A DNA stretch of 64,000 nt from Mobula hypostoma (Eukaryota): NCBI RefSeq assembly GCF_963921235.1, contig NC_086109.1, forward strand, positions 36,396,001 through 36,460,000. Direction: 5' to 3'. The notes beneath the pieces were generated by a model. It was not told the origin of the DNA. It searched no databases and worked only from the letters and a program-made list of their open reading frames with translations. The position numbers were made by a program, and so were the translations under genes. Shown here piece by piece: positions 46,690 to 59,180 of this stretch (positions within the stretch are counted from its first letter, which is position 1; each line of letters begins with the position of its first letter).

Positions 46690-49600
46690 ATAAGCAATAG
46701 ATGCAGAATTAGGCCACTTGGCCCATCCGGTCTGCTCTTCTAGTCTACCATAAGTTGGTTGAGTGAGATTGACCTTTTCTCAATGGAGCAACAGAGGCGA
46801 TAAGTGATCTGATAGAGGTGTATAGGGTGATGAGAGGCAATGATCATGAGGATATCCAAAGGTTTTTTTTTCCCAGGGCTGAAATAAGTACAAGGGAGAT
46901 GTCAGAGGTAAGTTTTTCACACAGAGACTGGTGGGTGTGTGGAATGCACTGCCAGTGATGGTGGTAGAGGCCCATACAATAAGGTCTTTTAAGAGACTCT
47001 TAGATAGGTACATGGAGCTTAGAAAAATAAATGGCTATGCAGTAGAGAGACTTATAGAGTAGGCAGTTTATAGAGTAGGTTACATGGTCAACACAACATT
47101 GTGGGCTCAAGGGCCTGTAATATGCTGTGCATTTCTATATTTCTATATTTCTCTGTTTCTGTCAAGACTGATTTATTATCTCTCTCAACCCCATTGTCCT
47201 GCCTTCTCCCCACAGCTTTTGATGCCCTGACTAACCAAGAATACATTAACCTCCACTTTATATATATCCAATAGCTTGGACTCCACAGACATGTCACAAC
47301 CTTATGGCTAAATAAATTACTTCTCATCTCTGTTCAAAATGAACATCTCTCTATTCTGAGACTGTGCCCTCTGTTCTTAGACACACCCTCTATAAAAGCA
47401 TCCTCTCCATGTCCACTCTGTTAGAGCCTTTCAATATTCCATATTTTTTAAAGAGATCCCCCCACATTCTTCTAAACTCCGGTGAGTACAGGCTCAGAAT
47501 CATCAACCACTCCTGATATGTTAACCCTTTCATTTGCTAAATCATTCTTGTCAACCTTCTCTGGATCCTCTCCAATGCCAGCACTTCTGACACAAAACTG
47601 CTCACAATACTCTGAGTGGTCTGTCGAATGCCTTATAAAACTGCAGCATTACATCATTGTTTTTAAATTTTAATCCTCTCGAAATGAATGCTAACATTAC
47701 ATTTGCCTTCTTTACCACCTACTCAACCTGCAAATGAACCTTGACAGAATCCTGCTGGAAACGAGGACTCCCAAATCCCATAGTACCTCTGATTTTTGAA
47801 TTTTTGCTGTTTAGAAAATAGTCTATGCCCTTATTCCTTTGACCAAAGTGAATGACTATACATTTCACTACACTATATTCCATCTGCCACTTCTTGTCCA
47901 TTCTCCTATCTATCTATGTCTTTCTGCAGTCTTCCTGCTTGCTCAAGACTACCTGACCCTTCACCTTTTTTTATATTGTCCGCAAACTTGGTCATAAAGA
48001 CATCAATCCCATTGTCCAAATCATTGACATATAATGTGAAAAGAAGTGGACCCAATACAGACCCCTAAGCACTTGTCGCTGGCAGTCAACCAGAAAAAGG
48101 CCAACTTTCTTCCCACTCTTTTCCTCCTGCCAGTCGGTCAATCTTCTATACATGTTAGAATCTTTCCTTTAATATCATAAAGTCATAAAACTATAAGATA
48201 TAGGAGCAGAATTTAGGCTATTTTGCCCATCCAGGCTGCCCCACCATTTCGTCATGGCTGATCCATTTTCCTTCTTTGCCCAATCTCCTGCCTTCTCCCC
48301 ATATCCCTTCATGCTCTGACTAATCAAGAATCTATCAAGCTCTGCCTTAAATGTACCCAGTGACTTGGCCGCCACAGCTGTCTGTGGCAATGAATTCCAA
48401 AGATTCACCACTCTTTGGCTAAAGAATTTCCTCTTCATCTGCATTCTAGATGGACATCCCTCTATTCTAAGGCTCTGTACTCTGGTCCTAGACTCCCCAA
48501 GTAAAGGAAACATCTTCTATACATTCACTCTATCGAGGTCTTTCTCTCTCAATATTCGATTAGTTCCAATGGGGTCATGCCTCATTCTTCTGAATTCTAG
48601 TGTGTAGAGTCCCAGAGCCATCAAAGATCCTCATATGACTAGTCTTTCAATCCCAGAATCATTTTTGTGAACGTCCTTTGAACCCTTTCAGAAGTTAGCA
48701 CATCCTTTCTTCAATAAGACACGCTAAACTGCTCACAGTACACCAAGTGAGGCCACACCAGTGTTTTATAAAGCCTCACGTTACATCCTTGCCTTTATGT
48801 GCTTGTCCTCTTGGAATGAATGCTAACATTGTGTTTGCCTTCCACACTACCAACTCAAACTGCGAATTAACCTTTAGAGAATTATGCACAATGACCCCAA
48901 GTTCCTCTACATATTAGAGTTTTGAATTTTCTCTCCATTTTGAAAATAGTCTACTCTTTTATTTCTTCTACAGAAGTGCATGACCATATACTTCCTGACA
49001 CTACATTCTATCTGCCATTACTTTGCCCATTCTCCAAATCTATATAAGTCCTTCTGTAGACTTTGTTTCCTCAAAACTACCTGCCCCTTAACCTATCTTC
49101 CTATTGTCCACAAACTTGGCCACAAAGCAATCAACTGCATCATCTAAGTCATTGAAATAGAATGTAAAAAGAAGCGGTCCTAACACAGACCACTGTGGAA
49201 CACCACTAGTCACCAGCAGCCAACCAGAAAAAGCTCCCTTTATTCCCTCTCTTTGCTTCCTGCTAATAAGTCAATGCTGTATCCATGCGACAATCTTTCC
49301 TGTTAACTTGTTAAGCAGCTTCATGTGCACCAGCTTGTCAAAGGCCTTCTAAAAATCCACATTCAGGACATCCATCAATTCTTCTTTTTCTATCTTGCTT
49401 GTTATTTCTTCAAAGAATTCCAACAAATTTGACTGGCAAGATGTTCCCTTCAAGAAACCATGCTGACTATGACCCACTTTATCATGTTCCTCCAAGTACT
49501 TAACAATTGACTTCTACATCTTCCCAACCACCGCAGTCAGACTAATTAGCCTATGATTTCCTTTCTTCTGCCTCTGTCCCTTCTTGAAGAGGGAAATGAT

Positions 49601-50930
49601 ACTTACAATTTTCCAGTCCTCTGGAACCATGCCAGAAACTATTGATTCTTGAAAGATTATTACTAATGCCTCCACAATCTCTTCAGCCACCATTTTCAAC
49701 ACCCTGGGGTGTGGACTATCTAGTCCAGGTGACTTATCTACCTTCAGACCTTTTACTTTCCCTGGAACCTTCTCCCTAGTAATGGCAACTTCGTACACTT
49801 TTGCCTTCTGACACTTTCAAACCTCAGGCATATTGCTAGAGCCTTCCACAGTGAAGACTGATACAAAATACTTACTCATTTCATCTGCCACTTCCTTGTC
49901 CCCCATTGCAGCATAATTTTTCAGTGGTCCGATATGTACTCTTGCCTCTCTTTTACACTTTATACATCTGAAGAAACTTTTGGTATCTTCTTTAATATTA
50001 AACTTTCTTAGTTGCCTTCTGTTGGATTTTAAAAGCTCCCAATCCTCTAGCTTCCCACTAATTTTTGCTCTATTACATAACTACTCTTTAGCTTTTATGT
50101 TGGCTAAAAAGAAGGCATATAATAGAAGAAAAAATAGTGGAAGTTTATACCATAGGCTCTTATGTTAAGCAGCCTCATGTGCAGCAGCTTGTCAAAGAAA
50201 ATCCAAGTAAACAACACCCTCTTACTCTCCTTTGTCTATCCTGCCTGTTATTTCCTTGAAGAATTCCGACAGATTTGTCAGGCAACAGTTTCTCTGAAAG
50301 AAACCATGCTGACTGCTTCTAAGTGATTATGTGCTTCTCAGGACCCCAAAACCTCATCTTTAATAATACATTCTAACATCTTGCCACCCACTGCAGTCAA
50401 GCTAACTGGCTTACAATTTCCTTTCTTTTGCTTTCCTTCCTTGTTAAAGAATGGAGTGACATTTTCAATTTTTCATTCCAGAATCTAGTAATTAATTCCA
50501 AAATCTCTTCAGCTACCTCTGTCAGAACCCTGTGGTGTAGTTAACTTATCAACTTTCATACCTTCCACCTTTGCATAGGAAACTTTACCCTAGTAATAAC
50601 AACTAAACTCACCTCTACCCACTGATAGTCTCAAATTGTCACCATATTGCTAGTGTCTTCCACAGTGAAGATTAGCACAAAAAACTTATTGAGCTGCCAT
50701 TTCTTTGTTCCCCCATTTCTACCTGTCAAGTGTCATTTTTCAATGGTTTGATATCCATTCACACCTCTCTTTTACTTTTTATATATTGAAAAAGACCTTT
50801 GGTATACGTTTTTATACTATTGTCAAGCTTACCTTCATATTTCATCTCTTCTCTCCTTATGACTTTTTATTTGTCTTTCATTGGTTTTTAAAATATTTCC
50901 ATTCCTTTAACATCCGACTAATTTTTGTCA
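46690..50930 (-). mobile_element. Cluster of nested degenerate CR1 LINEs (mostly minus; a plus-strand 3' fragment at ~46800-47155)
   Basis: ORFs 47719..47901, 48175..48513 (FFSQRVVNLWN) and 49514..49798 (KSPGLD.PHPRVLK); two separate 3' tails near 46690 and 48180. Confidence 0.85.
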
Positions 50931-52063
50931 TATAGATAGATAGATATACTTTATTGACCCTGCGAGAAATTGGGTTTCGTTACAGCCGCACCAACCAAGA
51001 ATAGAGCATAAATATAGCAATACAAAAACCACAAACAATCAAACAACAAAATGCAAACTATGCCAGATGAAAAATAAGTCCAGGACCAGTCTATTGGCTC
51101 AGGGTGTCTGACCCTAGACAGGAAGAGCTGCAAGTTCGATGGCCACAAGCAGGAACGACCTCCTGTGCCACCCAGTGTTGTATCTCGGTGGAATATGGCC
51201 GAAGTCCAACAGCAAAAAGTTCAATATCCGGTCTACAAACACGTTCCTCGATCGTAATATGACCTAGATTGCACCATCTGTTGTTAACCAGAACAGTAAG
51301 CACCCAACTCCTTTACGCTTACCGCTCTCAGTGTACTTCCAGTCAGCCCGAATGGTCTGGAAGCCCTCCATGGAAAAGTTTTGATCGGGTATGTCCTCGT
51401 GCAGCCCCGTTCCAGTGAAACACATAATACTACACTCCTGAAATGTTCTCTGACGCCTGGCTAGCGCCGTGAACTCGTCCATTTTATTACCCACCAAATT
51501 CCTCTTAGAACCATAGAACCATAGAAACTACAGCACAGAAACAGGACCTTTGGCCCTTCTTGGCTGTGCCGAACCATTTTCTGCCTAGTCCCACTGACCT
51601 GCACACGGACCGTATCCCTCCATACACCTCCCATCCATGTATCTGTCCAATTTATTCTTAAATGTTAAAAAAGAACCCGCATTTACCACCTCGTCTGGCA
51701 GCTCATTCCATACTCCCACCACTCTCTGCGTGAAGAAGCCCCCCTAATGTTCCCTGTAAACTTTTCCCCCCTCACCCTTAACCCATGTCCTCTGGTTTTT
51801 TTCTCCCCTTGCCTCAGTGGAAAAAGCCTGCTTGCATTCACTCTATCTATACCCATCATAATTTTATATTCTTCATAAGTCTCTGTTGTCTCGACCTGGT
51901 CCTCTTTCCTCGACTTTGTGATCCCTCTCTGCATCCTCTGTGTGTTTTCCTCCAGATTTCAGCAGGGGTGTCCGCTGCTCTGCTCGCTAATCCAGCCGGC
52001 ATAAGTGCAAGCAGCTAGTCCTTGGAATAAACAATGCAACCATGCTTCTGTCCCGCTAATGAG
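50931..52063 (-). mobile_element. Bipartite non-autonomous Rex1/Babar derivative, copy 2 (interrupted by CR1)
   Basis: Colinear with 45531-46340 and with the same junction GGTGGAATATGGC; ORFs 51091..51303 and 51264..51497. Confidence 0.85.
51505..51868 (-). mobile_element. Short young CR1 3' fragment
   Basis: (AGAACCAT)n tail; YKIMMGIDRVNASRLFPL...TRGHGL. Confidence 0.85.
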
Positions 52064-54500
52064 ATGAGCATATTATATGCTCTCTCTTTTGCTTTTATAT
52101 GTCTTTAACTTCCCTTGTCAGCCATGGTTGCATCATCCTCCCTTTAGAATATATTTTCCTGTTTGTGATGTATCTATCTTACACCTTTTGAATCGTTCTC
52201 AGAAACTCCAGTCATTGCTGCTCTGCCATTATACCCTTCCAATCACCTTTCACTAGCTCTTCTCTCATGCCTCTGTAATCCCCATTATTCAAATGTAATA
52301 CTGATATATCTAACTTTAGCTTCTCCTTTTCAAGCTGCAGGGTACTGTTACGTACCCCGTAACTGGGTTGCCAAACCAGCAGAAATGGATCACTCAGTTG
52401 GAGTCTGGAGTACTAGAACTAAGAAAGTTTTATTAAAGAAACAAGCAACACAGTAATCGAAAGGATAATAAATGCAACAGTTCAGCGATGATAAACACAC
52501 ATGTGCACAGAATTAAGATAACAGCATCAATCAAGCTCTATCGTTGTCTAGGGGTAAATGACCAGATTTCAAAGTGACTCAAAGTTCAGTTCGCAGTAAT
52601 CGTTGCCATGGCGATGGACAACGTGGGGGGAAGGGAGAGATAGAACAGGAACAACTGATCATTCAGAACGGCTTCACTCACAGACCGGCGAGATTGCTCA
52701 CAAGCAACTTTTGGGCGGGTCCTTGGTGATGTCCCCTGAGGTCACCGACTGTGACCCCTCCTCCAGATGCGGTCGATCCTCTGCAGTGAACCCGGCACCC
52801 AGGCAAGGGCGGACACACACCGGGTTCCCGCTGATCGTACCTTTCCGCCCTGGTCGTTGTCTGATACTTCTCACCCACTCGTGAGAGGCGCACCGCTTCC
52901 AGGGTCTCGTTACCTCGGGTGGCGTGTGTCTGTCTTAGCGAACCTGTCCCTTTTTATCCCCCTGCTGGGGTATCGCCTGTCCATCACTTCAAACAGTTCA
53001 GGGTTCAAAGGGGGGGAGCCGCTCCAGACAGCTCTCTCTCTCCCACGTCCCTTCATTACACATCTCCAGACGCTGCTCCATTGTTCCTTATCTCTCCTTC
53101 CCCTGAGGGCAGGTGGCAGACCACTTGCTGATGTCACTGATGCTAGCCCAGGCCAGCAAACATCTTAATTTTATGTGTATTCTCGTCACAGTACATTCTA
53201 TCATACTATGATCACTGCCTCCTCAGGGCCTCTTTACCTTAAGCTCCCTTATTAAATCTGCTTCATTACACATCACTCAATCCAGAATTGCCTTTCCCCA
53301 GTGGGCTCAACCACAAGCTGTTCTAGAAAGCCATCTTGTATGCATTCTACAAATTCCTTCTCTTGGGGACCAGGTGTATTTTCCCAGTACACTCCATCTT
53401 TATATTGTATTATTATAACATTGTCCTTTTTACATGACTTTTCTATGACCTGTTGTAATATTTAGTCCACATCCTTGCTACTATTTGGAGACCTGTATAT
53501 AACTCTCATTAAGGTCTTTTCTTAACTCAACCCACTAGGATTCTATATATTCTGATCTGATGTCTCCTCTTTCTAAGGATTTGATTTTGTTTTTTTTTAG
53601 CAACAGAGGCACCCCCCTCTTTTGCCTACTTGTCTGTCCTTTCAATACAATGTGTATACTTGGATGTTAAGCTCTCAACTATGATCTTTTTTCAGCCATG
53701 ACACAGTAATGCCCACATCACCATGCCTGTTAATCTTTAACGACATTACAAGTTCATCTAACTTATTCTGTATACTGCATGCATTGAAATGTAATATCTT
53801 CAGTCCTGTATTCATCACTCTTTTCAATTTTGCCCCATATTACATTCAAATTTATCCCACTGACAGCCAGCAATATTACCCTATCATCTGCCTTTCTTTC
53901 TTCATAGTCTCACTGCATACTACATCTACTTGTATTTTGCTGAAGTATTTGCCTGTAAAGATGTTAGCAATATGCCAGTAAGTGTAAAGAAAAATAAGGT
54001 TGCTTTGAGATCCTAGAATGTGAGGTCCTAGAATGAGACACCAACAGGGTGTCTCTTTCATATCCACAGAATCTCCTGTCTGCTCCTCTAACTATAGAAT
54101 CCTTTACCACTATCTCACTGTTCTTCTCTTCTTCCATTTTGAGCCACAGATCCAGATTCAGTGCCATAGACCCTGTCGCTGTGACTTCCCCCTGGAAGGC
54201 CATTCCCGTAATAGTATTCAAAGCATGTATTTATTATTGAGGGGAATGGCCACTGGGGTGCTCTGCAGTAGCTGCTTTTGCCTCTCCGGACAGTAACCTA
54301 GGAACCTGCCTCCTACAACCAACAGGTAACCATCTCCCTGTACCTCCTCATTCTCCCGTATGAACTGAAGGTCATCAGTCTTTAGCTCCAGTTCCTTAAC
54401 ATGGTCTCTAAGGAGTTGCAGCTCAATGCACTTCATGCAGATGTAGTTATCAGGGAGATGGGTGGTCCTCCACATGTGGAACATACCACTAGTCCTGGAT
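52064..54500 (-). mobile_element. CR1 LINE 5' portion (ORF1 and endonuclease), split by a solo LTR
   Basis: ORF 54218..54484 (YICMKCIELQLLRDHVKELE, CR1 ORF1), 53964..54221 (VKDSIVRGADRRFCG) and ORF2 remnants. Confidence 0.8.
52346..53190 (-). mobile_element. Solo LTR of the 33866-38714 family
   Basis: 845 bp, TGTTACG...CGTCACA, 4-bp TSD GTAC (52342-52345 / 53191-53194); a few percent diverged from the paired LTRs by eye. Confidence 0.95.
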
Positions 54501-56959
54501 CATTCTCATCACATTAGCTATGTACTAATAGATAAAGAAAGAAGGAAAATTACTAGCAGCTTACTTACAGCTTGTGCATATTCTGGCCCAACCCTGTTGC
54601 ACCAAAGCTTGACTACTCTAGCACTGTTCACTCCAGCAATGCCCAGTCCTATTATTGCCACCTGCTTACACTTCACCGTTTTTTATTGGCCTTTGCCAGC
54701 TGCCTAAGAGATTGGTATTGGCAGCCTGCCGAAAAGTCCTGAAAGATCCCAAGTTGTTCTTAATTCTCGCTCCACCTCAGCCAAACAAGCGACTGCTTAC
54801 AATGATTGTAGTCTGCATTCTTGCAATGCAGAGAGTACAGCAGCTAATTTACTCATGGTAATGTCCCACAAACATCAAAATGATAATTAATGGACTTTTT
54901 AATATCAAAAACAATGAGCATCCCTGAATGCACAACACGTTGAACCTTACTGGATTTGCTGCAGCTGCAGAAGACCATGAACATGCGCTTACTGGCCACT
55001 TTATTGGATACAGTAGGAGCATATTGTCAATCTGACATTACCATTGAATTGATATTAAAATGATGTAACTTGAAAATGATTCAGAAAGACATCATACTGA
55101 GAAATCATAAAAGAAAATAAAGCCAAATATTTAAACTTTCAGTGAAAAGGGTCAAAATTTTCCTTTGAAATGGCTGGGGTGTCCAATCTTGTTCCCATAT
55201 ACCATGTAACTTCTGGAAAAGCCTGGATCCACATAGAGTTCAGTGTTGGGGTGGGATCCTGTACATATTTCTAGCTGGATAGCTGAAAGTGTCTGGTTCC
55301 TAATGGCACTCTGAGGAATTGCCCTTATGCTTTAAGAATGTCCTAGCGTCTGACTTTTAACTTATTAACCAGATGGGCAACACTTCAATCTTTTTGCCAT
55401 ACTTTATTGACAGGGTGAGGAAGAAAAGAATCATATTATTATTCATGACATTTTTATCTAATTTTGTGAAAATATCAACTTGTTTCTTGACTTTTTAGAC
55501 CATTTTAAAGATGTATTGAATATCATGAATCATAAAATGATTTTAAGGTGATAGAATGTTGAGCTGTAAATGTTCAAAAGAGAATTGCACATTACTAAGG
55601 CTATAAAAACAGCATAGAGCTATTTCTTCAGATATTTTTCTCCATCCTGAATCTCGGCATCAAATAAGTTATTCTTCTGATGTGACTTGCTTCTAAATTA
55701 ATTCAGATTGTATTTAATTTAACAAAGAAAATATGATGGAATGAAATAAGGCCTTGAATTTATTTACAAACTTTTAAAAATTCAGCAGCCCAAAGAGGTA
55801 CAGAATCAACTATTTGTTTTTGATATACCATGCAATTTATGCCAGGCATGATCCCACAACTACAAAGTTTAAGGATACTTTTTTTTTCCATTTGCATCTT
55901 TTATTTCCTCAAGGTATCTCGGAATATATCATAACTTTAATGGCACAGTCACTGTCATTACATTGCTGCATGCAATAGCCTTGGTTTAAATTCAGAACAT
56001 ACTCCCAGTGATGGAAAAAGTACAATAAAACCTTTGTGATCCTGCATTTTACTCTCTCTGGCACCCAATGTTTCAGACAGAGTAACCAGGCAAAACTGAG
56101 GCAGCAGTACTAAACAAGAGCCCAACCTGTAGGGGGATAGCACCGAGGGAGATGGCAAACTGGTGGAAGAGAGGTACTTGGGTTCGGCAGAAAACACTGA
56201 GAGAAAGGGTAGGTGACGGGAGGGTCCACATCAAAGGAGTGCACAGTCTCATGTGGGGCAGCATTAAGGGAGTATCTGAGTCAAGGGAGAGGCAACATCA
56301 ATGAAATGGTGGGCTGGTGCAAGGGATGGACAGTCATGAGTGAAAGAGCAGCTGGGCGGACAGAGGGTCAGTATCAAGGGATTGACTGATTGATTTTTGA
56401 ATAACCATTTGATTTAATTAATCTGCACTCAAGCAGTTTGCTGCTATTGGGTAATGGAACTTTTACTCTAGGTATCCAACATTTATAAACAATACTTATT
56501 TGAATGGGGACTTTAACAGAGAGAAAAGAAACAGGGAACTTCACAAATGTCAGGAATTCTAGGATGTGAATCCTGGATATGATGTGCTCTTAAGTGATTA
56601 TCCCTATCCTAATGCATGCAGGGACAAATCTAGATAATTTATCCTCCAATCTGAAGCAACAAGTCTCCAGTAAGCAATAAAATTCAGAACCTATGCATTT
56701 GCAAGAGGAAATCCAATTCCATTTTAACAACCATCTTCATCGCACTTTGATCTGAGCTGTAAAAATGGAGGGGATAAACCTGAATGGTTTTAGTCACATT
56801 TTCTTCATGTTAAGCTTGATGTATTATCAGAGTCTGCTCCACACTTCCTCATGAAAGCAATTTCCCATTAACAGATAGGGAGGACTGAAAGAAATTATGA
56901 CACCAAAAGAATTCAACATCAATGCAACAAATACCAATGATATTTGTACACTCAGGAAG

Positions 56960-58095
56960 AAAAGTACAAAGTACAAAGTAAATTCCTGATCAAAATACAT
57001 ACATGTCACCATATACAACCCTGAGATTTGTTTTCTTGCTCGCCTACATAGTAGATCCAAGAAACACAATCAAATCAATGAAAGTCTATACCCAACTGGA
57101 AGGAAAAACAAGCAAGGTACAAAAAAAAACAAATAACTTTGCAAATTCAAAGAAAAAAATGATGATAATTCAGCAATATAGATTGAGAATTTTAAAGTGA
57201 ATCCGTAAGTTGTGGGAACAGTTCAGTGATGGGGCAAATGAAGTTATCCTCTCTGGCTCAAGAGCCTGATGATTAAGTCTGGTCCTAAGTCTCCTGTACC
57301 TTTCTGATGGCAGCAGCAAGAAGAGAGCATGGCCTGGATGGTGGGGATTATCCCACAAGAGTAAGAAAGCCTGTATAGTGATTACATCTTTAGGCCTGTA
57401 TGGGACAATTTAAAATTTACTGTGTTGTGGATGCCGATATAGTAGTTGTATTATATTGTATGCCACCCTGTCACATGTAAGCATCTCACTTAAACTAAAA
57501 ATGAAGTTAGACGCACATTACTGTATCTCCTGGCTCCTTTCTTATTTTGATTTGTTTTATGTTTTTGAGTTGCAGAGCATTACAGGGGTCTTTGATGATG
57601 GATGCTGCTTCCTTGTGAGAATATTCTGTGCAAATATGCTCAATAGTGGGGGGTGGGGCTTTACCTGTGATGTACGGGGCTGTATCCACAACTTTTTGTA
57701 GGATTTTCCATTCAAGGGCATTAGTATTTCTATACCAGACTGTGATGCAATCAGTCAATAAACTTTCCATCACACATGTATAAAAGTTCATCAAAGTTTT
57801 AGATATCATGCTGAATTTTCACAGACTTCTAAGGAAGAGGAGGTGCAGCCGTGCCTTCTTCACAATGACACCGACATGCTAGACCCAGGACTGATCTGAA
57901 ATAATCACAACAAGGAATTTAATGTTGCTAACCTTCTTCATCTCTGATTCCCTGATGAGCCTGGTTCATAATCAGCTCCTTGGTCTTCTGATAGTGAGAG
58001 AGAAATTGTTAATGTGGCACCACTCAGCTTAATTTTCAATCTCCCACCTATATTTTGATTTGTGACCACCTTTGATTCAGCCAATGACAGTGTTT
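56960..58095 (-). mobile_element. Rex1/Babar-type LINE 3' fragments (two pieces)
   Basis: ORFs 57170..57358 (HHPGHALFLLLPS) and 57507..57809 (NFYTCVMESLLTDCITVWY...ASIIKDP). Confidence 0.8.
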
Positions 58096-59019
58096 GACTC
58101 AGCCAAGTACTACATCTGGGCCAGATGCTTTCTGTGGGTTCCTCCCCCTGAACGATGCTTTCACATCAACCTCAGAGAACTCACAGGGTAATTGAGGAAT
58201 TTGGGAGTCCGTGAAGGTTCCTCCATATTTTGATGGTCAAAGTAAGCATAGAAAGCTCAACTGGGAGCGAAGCCTTGTTGGCACCCATGTCACTTGGTTT
58301 CACTTTGTAAGAGGTAACAGCATTCAAGCCCTGAAGATATTTGTCGAGCATTCTTCAGTGATTCAAACTTGGTCCAGAATTGCCACTTCACACATCAGAT
58401 GGCTTTCCGGAGATCGTAACTGGACTTCTTGTATCTTACTTGATCGCCAGACATAAATGCCACTGATCTGGCCCTCAGCAGATTGTGGATCTCATGGTTC
58501 ACCCAGAGCTTCTGGTTGCAGAAGACTGAATGGTTTTGTGGGAACAAACTCATTTATGACTGTTTTTATAAAGGGAGGAAAGTGAAGCTTTGGTTACCAT
58601 ATCTTAATTGTCTGAAAAATAGATTCCAGACTATAATCTTCGACTAGTAGGAGGCAATGAAATGGAAAAATCACAAAAGTCAGTGGCTTTATATTAGTGC
58701 TACCTCCTCACAACTCCATCTGGAGCTTGCACATTCCTACTGTGACCTCCAGGTAGTCAAATTTCCTCCCACATCATGAAGTCAAGCATGCGGACAGGTG
58801 AATTGACTGCTCTAAACTATAAATTTCCCCTAGTACTGGTGACTGATAGAAACACAAAGAGGAATTGATGAGAAAGATAGGTTACAGGAAAATGAATGAG
58901 ATCAACAGAAGCCAATATAGATTGAGGGCTGAATGGTGTTCTGTGAGAAACATCAGTAGACTATAATAAATGCATAATTTTGTTATAAGCTATATTTAAT
59001 GACTTGCTCATTTATTAAA

Positions 59020-59180
59020 CAGGAGAAAATCTGCAGGTGTTGGAAATGCGAGCAACACACAGGAAGTGCTGGAGAAACTCAACAGGCCAGGCAGCATCCG
59101 TGGAAAAGAGTAAACAGTCAACATTTCGGGCCAAAACCCTTCCTGCCAAAGTTCCTCCAGCATTTTGTGTGTGTTGTTCA
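59020..59180. mobile_element. Penelope-type terminal palindrome fragment
   Basis: CAACACACAGGAAGTGCTGGAGAAACTC ... GTTCCTCCAGCATTTTGTGTGTGTTG inverted arms; same family as 3057-3440. Confidence 0.65.

Noticed and set aside
51683..51934. 83-aa ORF resembling a novel fusion
   Set aside because: Chance read-through across the junction of the Rex1 derivative and an inserted CR1 fragment.
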